This document shows, one piece after another, positions 38,937-48,853 of a stretch of DNA of 64,000 bases. The position numbers and the translations under genes are program-made. Position 1 is the first letter of the stretch; every line of letters starts with the position of its first letter. Source of the stretch: Patescibacteria group bacterium (GTDB lineage Bacteria; Patescibacteriota; Microgenomatia; UBA10105; UBA927); assembly GCA_049322955.1 (NCBI GenBank), contig JBMOPU010000012.1:886186-950185 (forward strand). The letters are read 5' to 3'. A model generated the notes under the pieces. That model did no database searches and was not told the origin of the DNA. It saw nothing but the letters and a program-made list of their open reading frames with translations.

Positions 38937-40574
38937 ATGCATTCATTTAAGCACTATATCCTTGTCATTGCAATTTCGCTCCTCCCGTTTATCACCGTAT
39001 TTTCAAGCGATCTGGCCCCGCATACCCATGACAGCCCCGTACATTTTGCCCGTATTGCGGCGTACTATAAAGCGCTTTCGGAAGGGCAAATCCTCCCCCG
39101 ATGGGCGGGAGAATTAAATTATGGCTATGGCATGCCGCTTTTTAATTTCATCTACCATGTCCCTTACCTGGTTGCCGTCATTCCTGTGGCATTGGGGAGC
39201 GGCACCGTGTTTGCCTTTAAATTTTCGCTTGCCGTAAGTTTTCTTCTCTCGGGTGTGTTCATGTACCTGTTCGCCGCGACATTTTTCAAAGATACGAGGC
39301 GCGCCGCATTGGTCACGGCCCTGTATCAGTTTGCACCGTTTCACCTTATCGATCTTGTGGTACGCGGCGACATGGCCGAAGGGTATGCACTCGCGTTTCT
39401 TCCCCTGGTACTTTACTCACTGCAACGGGGATTTGAAGGAAAAACGGTCTCTGCCTCGATGCTACTTACCGCAGTCGCCACGTTGCTTCTTATCACATCG
39501 CATAATGCGATAAGTCTGGTGTTTTTCGGCGTCTGTGCCTTGTTTGCCGTCGTGTTTGCCCCTTCCCACGCCAAACGACTCCAAGCGGGTCTCGGTCTAT
39601 CGTTGGGGCTTGCGCTTGCGGCATTTTATTGGCTCCCCGCACTGGTGGAACGACGCTATACGTATGGAGATTTATTCATGAAGGACATGTATCTTTCACA
39701 TTTTGCACCCCTTTGGCATTTCTTTCTTCCGAATCTCACAAACGCCCCTTCCCTTCAAACGGGAGGGATCGCCGTTTCGTTAGGATTGGTTCCGATGCTT
39801 GGGTTCTTTGCCGCGATGATTCTGCTTGTTGGAAATAAAATATCCGCCAAACACGACAGACTCGCGCTGTGGTTTGGGCTGTTCCTCAGCGTTGCGGCGC
39901 TTTTTGTCATGCAACCGATCAGTAAGGTGTTCTGGGAAAATATTCCGATTCTTCGCATGTTTCAGTTTCCGTGGCGACTGCTAAACGTCACGACATTCTC
40001 TCTTGCCATGATCGGCGGCATCGTTTTTGTTTCCAAAAAAACATCCAGAAAAATGACACTGTTTCTTATCGCGGTCACCGTGCTTTCAAGCCTCGTGTAT
40101 TTCCGACCGCCGCTCGGGATGGATCGGGTTGACGAAGCATATTATTGGGATTATCCGTTAAATACGACGTATTTCGGCGAAACTGACATCATCTGGTCGG
40201 CAGGTCCCAAAGATAGTTATCCCGCAAACCGTTTCGAGGTTGTGGGGGGCGAAGGTACCGTTTCGGATCCCGTAAAACGGGGAACGAAACATACTTTCAC
40301 CGTCAACGCCGCAACCGACGTGCAGGTGGTCGATAAAACGCAATACTTCCCCGGATGGCGAGTATATACGGGAACGACAAAAGTGCCCGTCGAATTTCAG
40401 GATCAGAACTGGCGGGGGCTTATTACCTTTCGCCTTCCTCCCGGTACGCATCACGTAACGGTTGCCTGGGAAGATTCTCCCATCAGGAGAATCGCGAAAA
40501 TTATTACGTTCATTTCCGCTGTCGTGTGCACGGTGTTGTTTGCCCTACGAAAAAAAATCATTGCATATGGCTAG
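38937..40574 (+). CDS. YfhO-related polytopic membrane protein (HD...RW family, member 3)
   Basis: APHTHDSPVHFARI...LPRWAGELNYGYGMPLFNFIYHVPY, FAPFHLIDLVVRGDMAEG, C-terminal YFPGWRVYTG...LPPGTHHVTVAW then a TM anchor. Confidence 0.6.
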   Translation: MHSFKHYILVIAISLLPFITVFSSDLAPHTHDSPVHFARIAAYYKALSEGQILPRWAGELNYGYGMPLFNFIYHVPYLVAVIPVALGSGTVFAFKFSLAVSFLLSGVFMYLFAATFFKDTRRAALVTALYQFAPFHLIDLVVRGDMAEGYALAFLPLVLYSLQRGFEGKTVSASMLLTAVATLLLITSHNAISLVFFGVCALFAVVFAPSHAKRLQAGLGLSLGLALAAFYWLPALVERRYTYGDLFMKDMYLSHFAPLWHFFLPNLTNAPSLQTGGIAVSLGLVPMLGFFAAMILLVGNKISAKHDRLALWFGLFLSVAALFVMQPISKVFWENIPILRMFQFPWRLLNVTTFSLAMIGGIVFVSKKTSRKMTLFLIAVTVLSSLVYFRPPLGMDRVDEAYYWDYPLNTTYFGETDIIWSAGPKDSYPANRFEVVGGEGTVSDPVKRGTKHTFTVNAATDVQVVDKTQYFPGWRVYTGTTKVPVEFQDQNWRGLITFRLPPGTHHVTVAWEDSPIRRIAKIITFISAVVCTVLFALRKKIIAYG

Positions 40575-42921
40575 AAAAGAATGGTTGTTTATCATTGTCA
40601 CGGTTACGTCTCTTCTCATCCTCTTTTTTCATCAGACATTTTTTCGAGGTCTGGTGCCGTTTCCGGGGGACATTCTAGTCAGTGACTTTCAACCGTGGCG
40701 GTCGACTTCCTACCTGGGCTACGGCGCGGGAGGAATACCGAATAAAGCACAGTATCCCGATACCATACGACAAATGTATCCGTGGAAAACCGTAGCGGTG
40801 GAAGCCCTTAAAAGCGGAAAACTCCCTCTGTGGAATCCCTATAATTTCTCGGGCTCCCCGCTTCTTGCGAACTTTCAGAGTGCGGCACTGTATCCTTTGG
40901 GGATTTTTTACCTTTTCCTGCCGCAAATAACCGCCTGGACGATCCTTATTATCATGCAACCGCTCCTCGCGTTTCTTTTTACCTATTTTTTTGCACGAAA
41001 ACTGGGTATGGGAAAGCTCGCAAGTACCCTTTCGGGCATATCATACGGTTTTTCGGGGTTTATGAGTGTCTGGCTTGAGTACAACACCATAAGTCATGTC
41101 GTGTTGTGGCTACCGCTCATTTTATTGAGCATTGAAAATCTTGCCAAAAAACCGCATCGGGCGTGGCTTGCCGTTTTCGTGGGAAGCCATGTCATGGCAC
41201 TGCTTGCCGGACACCCTCAGGTGTATGCGTATCTTGCCGCCTATTCGCTTCTTTACGGATTGTTCCGTATGACCCGCGCGATGTGGCCGTATCTTTTCGG
41301 GTCAACGCTTTTGGGTATCGGCCTTTCGGGCATACAAATTATTCCGGGTATTGAACTGATACGTCAGGCGGCCCGAAGCCCGCATGATCCGGGAAACCTT
41401 TTTGCAAAGATACTGATTCATCCCGGGCAACTCATGGCACTTCCTTTCCCCAATATCTTCGGCAATCCTGCAACGCGTACCTACTGGCCAACCGATACGT
41501 TCATCGGCAAAGTAACGACCATAGGCCTTGTCCCCCTCTTCTTTTTCCTATCGACACTCCGACGAAAAGAGAGCGTCAGCAAGTGGTTTGTGTTGGCAAG
41601 CATCGCGGTCGTGATTTTGATTACGAGTAATCCGATGACTCAGATTTTGTACCGGGTACCCATCCCGCTTTTTACCTCAAGCAGTCCGACCCTTATGTCA
41701 TTCCTTCTTGCCTTTTCGCTTGCGATGGCGTGCGGACTCGGACTTGATTATTGGATCACGGATAAGCATTCCGTAAAAAAACTTGTTCGCCGAAGCATCG
41801 AAATGGCGGGCGTGTTTATCATCCTTTTTATCGCGACAAAACTTCCCTTCATCCCGGAATTTTCCCTACATGCGGGACAATCGGTAAAGGCGCTCCTCTA
41901 CGGGGCGGGAATTACCGCGGTTACCCTTGCACTGTTTTGGGTCGCCATCCGGTTTCCCCGATGGCGGATGCACGCCGTACTTGTGATGGTTATCGTCCAT
42001 GCGCTTGATATGTTTGTGTTCTTTTACCGGTTTAATCCGTTTGTTCCGCAGGCACTGGTATTTCCGGAGCACAAAATTCTTACTCGCCTTCAAACGCATG
42101 CCCCCGATCGGTACTGGGGATACGGCACGGCGGGAATACCGGCAAATTTTGCCTCACAATACGGGATATTTTCGCCCGAAGGATATGACCCGTTATACCC
42201 CAAACGATACGGAGAATTTTTATATGCCTATCGGACGGGAAGACTTATGGATATTTTCGACAATACCACACGCTCCGACGCCGCAATCAGTTCGCGATTC
42301 GGCGACGGCGGACTGACCGACAGGGTTAAACAAAAACTGATGAGTGCGTTAAGCGTCCGGTATATCCTGGACCGCACCGAAAACGCCAGCAGTGAGCAGA
42401 CCTTTCCGCCCGATGTTATCAAGAAAACAGACTCGATCGATGACTGGATACTGTATGAAAACACCCAAGCTCTGCCTCGAGCGTATGTTTCGGGGAAAAT
42501 AACCACGATAAAAAATACGGAGGATTTTGCCGATACGTTTTTTGCCCCTTCCCACAACCCGATAACTACCGCGCTGATCAGTGATACTGTCGGGGAAACC
42601 CGCGGTATCGAAGCATCAGGGTCGGCAACTATTCTTTCCTACGAACCGGAGCAAGTGGTAATACGCACCGAAAGCACCGTATCGGGCATGCTCGTCCTCA
42701 CCGACACGTTCTTTACCGGTTGGCAGGCGTCAGTGGATACATCACCGGCAGAAATACTTCCGGTCAACTGGACCCTGCGCGGCGTTTCGGTGCCGGAAGG
42801 CACGCATACGGTCACCATGCGTTATGCGCCGCGTAGCGTAACAATCGGTATTCTCTTGAGTATGGGAAGCCTGTTTGCGACAATAGTACTGCTTATTTTC
42901 GCAAAACCAAAACGATCATGA
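40567..42921 (+). CDS. YfhO-family GT-C membrane glycosyltransferase
   Basis: FPGDILVSDFQPW...QMYPWKTVAVEALKSGKLPLWNPYNFSGSPLLANFQSAALYPL, the YfhO N-terminal signature. C-terminal FFTGWQASVDTS...VPEGTHTVTMRYAP. Start taken at ATG 40567 (MARKEWLF), an 8-nt overlap with the upstream gene. Confidence 0.75.
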   Translation: MARKEWLFIIVTVTSLLILFFHQTFFRGLVPFPGDILVSDFQPWRSTSYLGYGAGGIPNKAQYPDTIRQMYPWKTVAVEALKSGKLPLWNPYNFSGSPLLANFQSAALYPLGIFYLFLPQITAWTILIIMQPLLAFLFTYFFARKLGMGKLASTLSGISYGFSGFMSVWLEYNTISHVVLWLPLILLSIENLAKKPHRAWLAVFVGSHVMALLAGHPQVYAYLAAYSLLYGLFRMTRAMWPYLFGSTLLGIGLSGIQIIPGIELIRQAARSPHDPGNLFAKILIHPGQLMALPFPNIFGNPATRTYWPTDTFIGKVTTIGLVPLFFFLSTLRRKESVSKWFVLASIAVVILITSNPMTQILYRVPIPLFTSSSPTLMSFLLAFSLAMACGLGLDYWITDKHSVKKLVRRSIEMAGVFIILFIATKLPFIPEFSLHAGQSVKALLYGAGITAVTLALFWVAIRFPRWRMHAVLVMVIVHALDMFVFFYRFNPFVPQALVFPEHKILTRLQTHAPDRYWGYGTAGIPANFASQYGIFSPEGYDPLYPKRYGEFLYAYRTGRLMDIFDNTTRSDAAISSRFGDGGLTDRVKQKLMSALSVRYILDRTENASSEQTFPPDVIKKTDSIDDWILYENTQALPRAYVSGKITTIKNTEDFADTFFAPSHNPITTALISDTVGETRGIEASGSATILSYEPEQVVIRTESTVSGMLVLTDTFFTGWQASVDTSPAEILPVNWTLRGVSVPEGTHTVTMRYAPRSVTIGILLSMGSLFATIVLLIFAKPKRS

Positions 42922-44552
42922 AACCGACCGTCAGATACATGCTCATTCTCATTGTCGCCATTGCCCTTTTACTCCGCCTGTGGGATATAACAAATGTTCC
43001 GCCGGGTGTAAATCGCGATGAGGCAAGCATCGGCATAACCGCGTATTCGCTCATGACGACGGGGAAAGACGAATACGGCAGAACGCTTCCGATTTCCTTT
43101 GAATCATTCGGCGACTGGAAATTACCTCTGTATATTTACACCACTATCCCCTTTATCACACTTTTCGGCCTGACGGAACTTGCCGTGCGCCTCCCTTCCG
43201 TACTCGCCGGAGTGGGATCGGTAGCCGCCGTATTTTTTCTTGCCCGCATGTTGTTTGCATCGGAACGTATCGCGCTTTTGGCCGCTTTCTCGCTGGCTAT
43301 TATGCCCTGGCATGTGCATATTTCCCGGGTAGAATCGGAAGCGATCGTTTCGGTATTTTTTACCCTCATAGGATCCGTCCAGTTCCTGCGCGGCATACGG
43401 ACTAAATCAGCTACATCGCTTATCGCATCGGCAATACTTTTCGGACTTACCTATTGGACCTACCACGGCACGCATGTTTCGACGACACTGTTACTTTTGG
43501 GAATGGCGGCAATTTTTTGGAAAGATATCGTCAAGGTTCCCCGATTCGGGATAGCGGTCCTCATCGGCGCCATCGTTACGTTCACTATTTTGGGTGCGAC
43601 GTTTCAGGCGGATCACACGAAAATAAGCGGCATATCGATATTCGGCGATCCGACGGTTATCCATAACGATATCGAGCTTCCGCGATTAGTGCACGATACC
43701 CCCGACTCACTTGCCGTGAAACTTTTGCATAATAAGTTCACCTATGCCGTCGTCCGCATCGCACATAATTATTTGGCCTCATACGGCCCTGAATTTCTCT
43801 TCATCAAAGGCGGCGGGAACCGCGCGCACAATATCGAAGGATACGGGAATCTGCATATCATCGAAGCGCCGTTATTGCTTCTGGGTGTTGCCGTGCTTAT
43901 AGGGCTCCTCCGGAAAAAAGAAGCGAAATTTATCCTCTGGTGGATTGCGGTCGGAGGCGTCGCCGCCTCAATCACCAAGGATGCCCCCCACTCAAACCGC
44001 ATGCTTGCCGTCGTTCCTTCTCTTGCCGTCACTGCCGCCCTGGGCGGCAACTTTCTTCTGGATCTGGTCCCGCGACCGGGGAAAAAACTGATGATGTCGG
44101 GAATTATTATCGGCTACCTTCTGTGTATGGCGATCTATCTTGATCTCTACTTCGTGCATTTTAAAAAGACGGAAGCGATGCATTGGGGATACGGCTACAA
44201 AAAACTTACCGCACTGCTTTTTGCGCCGGAGCATATGGGCAAACGGGTAATTATGACCAAACCGGAAACGTCACCGTACAGTTACATCTTGTTTTACAGC
44301 GCATACAGTCCCGCCGACTATCAGAAAACCGCAACCCGCTATCCGATCTCTTCGGATGGATTTACCGATGTTTCCGGTTTCGGAAGATTTTCTTTCCGGG
44401 CGATAGATTGGCAAAAAGATATCACGCAAAAAAATACGCTCCTTGTGGTTGCTCCCGACGAGTTCCCCCAGGGACTCGCCGGCAAGACAACGGCAACGAT
44501 TACGCTTCCCGACGGCTCGGTGCAATTTATTGTCCTGGATTTGGATAAGTAA
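42918..44552 (+). CDS. PMT_2/ArnT-like GT-C glycosyltransferase
   Basis: NVPPGVNRDEASIGITAYSLMTTGKDEYGRTLP...RLPSVL. 544 aa. ATGA overlap with yfhO-like gene. Confidence 0.8.
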   Translation: MKPTVRYMLILIVAIALLLRLWDITNVPPGVNRDEASIGITAYSLMTTGKDEYGRTLPISFESFGDWKLPLYIYTTIPFITLFGLTELAVRLPSVLAGVGSVAAVFFLARMLFASERIALLAAFSLAIMPWHVHISRVESEAIVSVFFTLIGSVQFLRGIRTKSATSLIASAILFGLTYWTYHGTHVSTTLLLLGMAAIFWKDIVKVPRFGIAVLIGAIVTFTILGATFQADHTKISGISIFGDPTVIHNDIELPRLVHDTPDSLAVKLLHNKFTYAVVRIAHNYLASYGPEFLFIKGGGNRAHNIEGYGNLHIIEAPLLLLGVAVLIGLLRKKEAKFILWWIAVGGVAASITKDAPHSNRMLAVVPSLAVTAALGGNFLLDLVPRPGKKLMMSGIIIGYLLCMAIYLDLYFVHFKKTEAMHWGYGYKKLTALLFAPEHMGKRVIMTKPETSPYSYILFYSAYSPADYQKTATRYPISSDGFTDVSGFGRFSFRAIDWQKDITQKNTLLVVAPDEFPQGLAGKTTATITLPDGSVQFIVLDLDK

Positions 44553-44553
44553 T

Positions 44554-46206
44554 ATGAAAAAATACGTCAAAGAGTGGTTCCTTCTTTTGCTGATCGTGGT
44601 TGTCGGGGCATATTTGCGGCTTGATCGCATAACCAGCATTCCCCCGTCGCTTTCCCATGACGAAACGGCGATTGCCTATAATGCGTATTCGATTCTTACG
44701 ACGGGTAAGGATGAATACGGTATCTCGTATCCGCTACTTTTTCGCTCGTTTGATGACTACAAACTTCCGGGTATGGTCTATGCGACAGTTCCCTGGGTCA
44801 AACTTTTCGGACTCACCGAACGGGCGGCAAGAACCCCCTCGGCGTTATTCGGTATTCTTTCCGTTATCGTCATGTACGGTATCGCCTTTGAATTAACAAA
44901 AAGCAGAAAGGCCGCGTTATTCCCCGCCCTCATGTTTGCCTTGTCTCCCTGGCATATCAATTTTTCGCGGCAGTTATTTGAAAGCAACGGCGCGGTATTT
45001 TGGTTTATGGCGGGAACCTACTTTTTACTCAAAAGCATAAAAAAGTATCCGATGATCATCGTTTCCGGAATATGCTATGTCGCCGCATTGTATTTCTACT
45101 ATTCAGTCCGACTGGTGATCCCGTTTATCGGTCTTTTGTATCTTGTGATGCATGGAAAAACCATGAAGACACACATAAAGACGACCGCGGTTGCCGTCAT
45201 CCTCAGTATTGCGTTATTTGCACCACTGGGGAGAGAGATGCTCTCTCCCGGGGGCATGGAGCGGATATCGATTGTCAGTGTGGTGAATGACCAACAGTAT
45301 CTGAAACGAAAAGAAGCGTATGTTGCCAAGATGGGCGTGTCGCCGACCGTATGGCAAAAAATCGTCTATAACCGGCGGGTCGCCCTGCTGGTTACCGTTT
45401 TGGAAAATTATTCGAAAAATATTTCTCCCCAAAACTTATTTATGACCGGAACCGGAACGTACGGTGCGCTCTATCCGTTTGAAGCCATTCTTTTTCCGTT
45501 AGGGCTTGTCGCGCTGTCGGGGTTTTCCCGATTCGGCGGCATGCTTGTCCTGGTGTGGCTGATCACCGCCTTTTTACCCGGAGCGTTCAGCGTCAATCAA
45601 CCCAATACGCTCCGCACGCTCGTCGCGGCGCCCGCTTTTTCGTTGCTATCGGGATTGGGTATCCTGTACGCGCTTCGTGCCGTACGGAAGAATTTCGCCC
45701 CCTGGGGAGTGACCGTCGCCGCGGGAGTACTTATGTTTCTCTTCATCTCCTCGTTTCCCAAGTTTCATTATGCTTACTTTGTCGATAACCCGACCAACAA
45801 CGCGCTTGCATTCGGTGACGGCTATAAACAGATGGTCGAGTACGTGATGCGAAACGGGAAAGACTATGATCGTATCTATATTTCCGGTTACCACTGGCGT
45901 CCGTATATATTTCTGTTGTATTGGGGCAAGGTGAATCCCGCAATCTATCAACGGTCCGGCACCCGTGAACAATTCGGGAAGTATCTGTTCAGCGGTGCAA
46001 GCTGGGACACCAACGGACTTAAATTCATGGATGCGTCGTTTTCGCTTTCCTCACTCCCCCGGGAGGGAAAGACGCTTTATATTCTTGCCTATTCCGAATA
46101 CCTGCTCCATCAAAAAGAGCTGACGGTCATAGGCGAGATACATGGAGTCCACACGCCCAAAGTATTTGTCGCGGCAACGCTCTCTCAGCCTCAGCCTGTA
46201 CGGTGA
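44554..46206 (+). CDS. PMT_2/ArnT-like GT-C glycosyltransferase
   Basis: PPSLSHDETAIAYNAYSILTTGKDEYGISYP...RTPSAL. Start at ATG 44554 (MKKYVKEW), 1 nt after the upstream stop. Confidence 0.8.
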   Translation: MKKYVKEWFLLLLIVVVGAYLRLDRITSIPPSLSHDETAIAYNAYSILTTGKDEYGISYPLLFRSFDDYKLPGMVYATVPWVKLFGLTERAARTPSALFGILSVIVMYGIAFELTKSRKAALFPALMFALSPWHINFSRQLFESNGAVFWFMAGTYFLLKSIKKYPMIIVSGICYVAALYFYYSVRLVIPFIGLLYLVMHGKTMKTHIKTTAVAVILSIALFAPLGREMLSPGGMERISIVSVVNDQQYLKRKEAYVAKMGVSPTVWQKIVYNRRVALLVTVLENYSKNISPQNLFMTGTGTYGALYPFEAILFPLGLVALSGFSRFGGMLVLVWLITAFLPGAFSVNQPNTLRTLVAAPAFSLLSGLGILYALRAVRKNFAPWGVTVAAGVLMFLFISSFPKFHYAYFVDNPTNNALAFGDGYKQMVEYVMRNGKDYDRIYISGYHWRPYIFLLYWGKVNPAIYQRSGTREQFGKYLFSGASWDTNGLKFMDASFSLSSLPREGKTLYILAYSEYLLHQKELTVIGEIHGVHTPKVFVAATLSQPQPVR

Positions 46207-46217
46207 CACACGGCGGA

Positions 46218-47936
46218 TTATTTACCGGATCGTTGTTTCGGAAGTTTTTCTATGTAGCCTAATGACAGAAGTTTTTCGAGTATTTCTTTCTCGTATCGCT
46301 TATCGAAATTAAACGAGGCATCAAGATCAAAGTTCTGGGTTTTCCCGAGTTTCCATTTGTACTCTACATCGGGAAGCGTCCCGTTTAACGTAAATAATCT
46401 GAAATAATTGGCATCCAAAAATTCCGTCATCCACCAGTTGTAGGTTTTGGGATCGCCTCCCCATGGGGCAAAATCGCGCTGGAAGACGATAAGCTTTGGC
46501 CGGGTCTTGTTAAGATCGGCCAAAAGTTCATCCTTAATCTTATTCTTTGCCGCATGATCCAAAAACCAATGATACTTACTCGGTTGTTTTTTGGAGGTCA
46601 GGTAAAACAATTCCTCAAATTCAAACGGTCCGATATAGACATAATCCGACGGGTCGACGATCGCGTTGACATAGTGAGCTATCTGCGGACGGCTATAAAT
46701 AAGGGGCGCAGTCCCCATATACTTCGGAAAAAATTTCTGTTCCATTTTCATGACAAAATAAAGCGGCGTCGCTATCCAATACAACAGCAGTGCCGCATAC
46801 AATCCTCCCAGGGCAAGTTTTTTGGAAAATGCGATATGTTCCTCATCGATAAGTTCCCTGACGGCCCAAAGGGAAAATAATCCGTTGAAAAACGATGTGA
46901 TGATATAGACAAACGCCTGATAATCGGTTTCCCGAATTGACTGGGGATTACTCCTGGCATTGGAAAACACCAGCACGGTCAGAAGCGGAATAAGAAAAAG
47001 GAATCGCTTTCGTACGAGAACCAATACAATCGCCGCGGCGGATGAAAACGCAATGGTCACCTGGACCGGATTGCCGAGCGGGAAATCTTTTGCTCCCCAT
47101 ACCGCAAGAATATAGTTATTGATAAACGTGTCAAAAATAACCGCCGCATAACGGATCGGGTTAATGGGAGCACCGGGTGCATGCGGATAATTATAAATAT
47201 AATAGTTGGTGTTATACACGACATTCGCCCAGTAATAATCCGCAACACTTCCCGTAAGCACAAGATATGCGCCAAACAGCAGATACGGGGCGGCAAGAAG
47301 CGAAACTCCCGTGAGGATGCGGGGAAACACCGGTTGCTTCCCTCGTGCCGTCACAAAAAGATACAGCGCATACAGGGAAATCGCGGCAACGATAAAGATG
47401 TAGGTCATGGAGGTGAACCAGGAAAGAAACGCAAACCATCCCACGATCATGAGGTCCTCTTTTTCGAACTTTTCACCGTAGTAATCTTTAAGAAACAACA
47501 GGGCAAACGAGGGCAAAATGAAGTAGCCTGCCAGCGTGTCGGCAAGCAACATGTGCCCCCAAAAATACGTTCCCGATACTCCGATCACAAAAAGCAGGAC
47601 GACATAAAACGAGAGATTGCGTTTGGGGAGCCGTGATTTGATAAGAAAATACGACCCGATGAGCAACATAGACAGAACGATTTCCCATCCCACGCGAAAC
47701 TTCACAAACGATTGACCGCTAAACGGCAAAATGGTCGCCGCCATGACATAGGCGCCGGGCTGGTGATGTTGAAACCAATCACGATACGGAAGTTTTCCTT
47801 CGGTGATATAGCGACCGCCGACGATGCTGTCGAACTCGTCGGGATATTTTTCATGGAATGCGTTGGTGACGAAAACCGCAAGAAGCAGAAGAAAAACGGC
47901 AACGGTTGCCCAGTATTTTTTTACCCAATGCATCAT
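46218..47936 (-). CDS. polytopic membrane protein, distant ArnT/PMT-like GT-C
   Basis: YPDEFDSIVGGRYITEGKLPYRDWF DE-aromatic loop motif after TM1, about 12 TM helices, and a C-terminal soluble domain. Confidence 0.5.
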   Translation of the reverse strand: MMHWVKKYWATVAVFLLLLAVFVTNAFHEKYPDEFDSIVGGRYITEGKLPYRDWFQHHQPGAYVMAATILPFSGQSFVKFRVGWEIVLSMLLIGSYFLIKSRLPKRNLSFYVVLLFVIGVSGTYFWGHMLLADTLAGYFILPSFALLFLKDYYGEKFEKEDLMIVGWFAFLSWFTSMTYIFIVAAISLYALYLFVTARGKQPVFPRILTGVSLLAAPYLLFGAYLVLTGSVADYYWANVVYNTNYYIYNYPHAPGAPINPIRYAAVIFDTFINNYILAVWGAKDFPLGNPVQVTIAFSSAAAIVLVLVRKRFLFLIPLLTVLVFSNARSNPQSIRETDYQAFVYIITSFFNGLFSLWAVRELIDEEHIAFSKKLALGGLYAALLLYWIATPLYFVMKMEQKFFPKYMGTAPLIYSRPQIAHYVNAIVDPSDYVYIGPFEFEELFYLTSKKQPSKYHWFLDHAAKNKIKDELLADLNKTRPKLIVFQRDFAPWGGDPKTYNWWMTEFLDANYFRLFTLNGTLPDVEYKWKLGKTQNFDLDASFNFDKRYEKEILEKLLSLGYIEKLPKQRSGK

Positions 47937-47969
47937 ATAAATTCCTTACGCTATCATATCACACGCCCG

Positions 47970-48848
47970 TCACGATTCCCGAACCGATGATTTCCGAGCG
48001 AGGATGACCATGTTATCTTTCATGGGCACATAGAGCGGAAACCGCATCAGAATTGTTTTCCTGACCACGTCATACACAAAACGCGCCAAAAAGCTTTCCC
48101 CGGTAGTTCGTGCCAGATGTAACACATACCCCAAACTCAACCATTTCCCGACCCTGTGCCATTGAAACGGCGTCAACCCCGATTTGGTGAGGAGTGTTGT
48201 CACGTTTTTCCGGTTAAAAAAGAAAATATGTTGCGGCGGGATAAAAAACGTCCAGCGGCGTTTCATTACTTTTGCGGCTATACTTTGCGTATCGCCCGTC
48301 GCGATGATGATAATGCCGTCGGGTTTAAGATATGAGGTAAGTTTTTTGACGTCGGAAAGAGGGTCCTCAAGATGTTCGAAAACATCAAACATCGTAATGA
48401 CGTCAAAACTCGCTTTGGGGTATTTCACCTCGGCAATTGTCCCTTCTTTGATGCGTGCTTTCCCGACCAGGGCTCCCGCTTTTTGTACGGCAAAGGATGA
48501 AGGATCAAAGCCGTAGGCATCGTATCCTTTTTGCAACGCGAGTTCCACGACGTACCCGAACGCGCACCCGACATCGAGAAGTTTTCCGGTCGGTTTCTTT
48601 TCCGCGACAAAGGAAAGAAACTTTTGCATGTTTTTGGTGATCAGGGGTTTATCGAGCTCGTAATCGGCATATGCGCTTCTTGTGGGGTCACCTTCGTAAT
48701 AGCCCTGCGAATAGAATTCTTTTACAAATGCCGAGTAATCTCGCTTTAAGTCGGTTTCGGCAAGGTGACACCTTCCGCAACGGTAGAGCCAATATCCGTT
48801 CTTATAGAGATATTTATCAAGCGTGGTTTTGCAAAGGAGGCATTGCAT
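47970..48848 (-). CDS. SAM-dependent methyltransferase with N-terminal zinc-ribbon (sugar C/O-methyltransferase-like architecture)
   Basis: CLLCKT...CGRCH ribbon, then LLDVGCAFGYVVE (motif I) and FDVITMFDVFEH. Confidence 0.75.
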   Translation of the reverse strand: MQCLLCKTTLDKYLYKNGYWLYRCGRCHLAETDLKRDYSAFVKEFYSQGYYEGDPTRSAYADYELDKPLITKNMQKFLSFVAEKKPTGKLLDVGCAFGYVVELALQKGYDAYGFDPSSFAVQKAGALVGKARIKEGTIAEVKYPKASFDVITMFDVFEHLEDPLSDVKKLTSYLKPDGIIIIATGDTQSIAAKVMKRRWTFFIPPQHIFFFNRKNVTTLLTKSGLTPFQWHRVGKWLSLGYVLHLARTTGESFLARFVYDVVRKTILMRFPLYVPMKDNMVILARKSSVRES

Positions 48849-48853
48849 AGCGG

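Noticed and set aside
40462-40566. N-terminal extension of the YfhO gene (MPGKILPSG... from 40462), and similar 5' extensions of ORFs at 20260, 22300, 22994, 24046, 52020, 53069, 55368, 60088 and 21053.
   Set aside because: The extensions overlap the upstream gene by 60-230 nt. Internal ATG codons give canonical ATGA or short overlaps and begin exactly where the conserved domain or first TM starts.
46207-46217. Rho-independent terminator at the convergent gene junction.
   Set aside because: Only 11 bp separate the two stops (cacacggcgga). There is no GC-rich hairpin followed by a U-tract.
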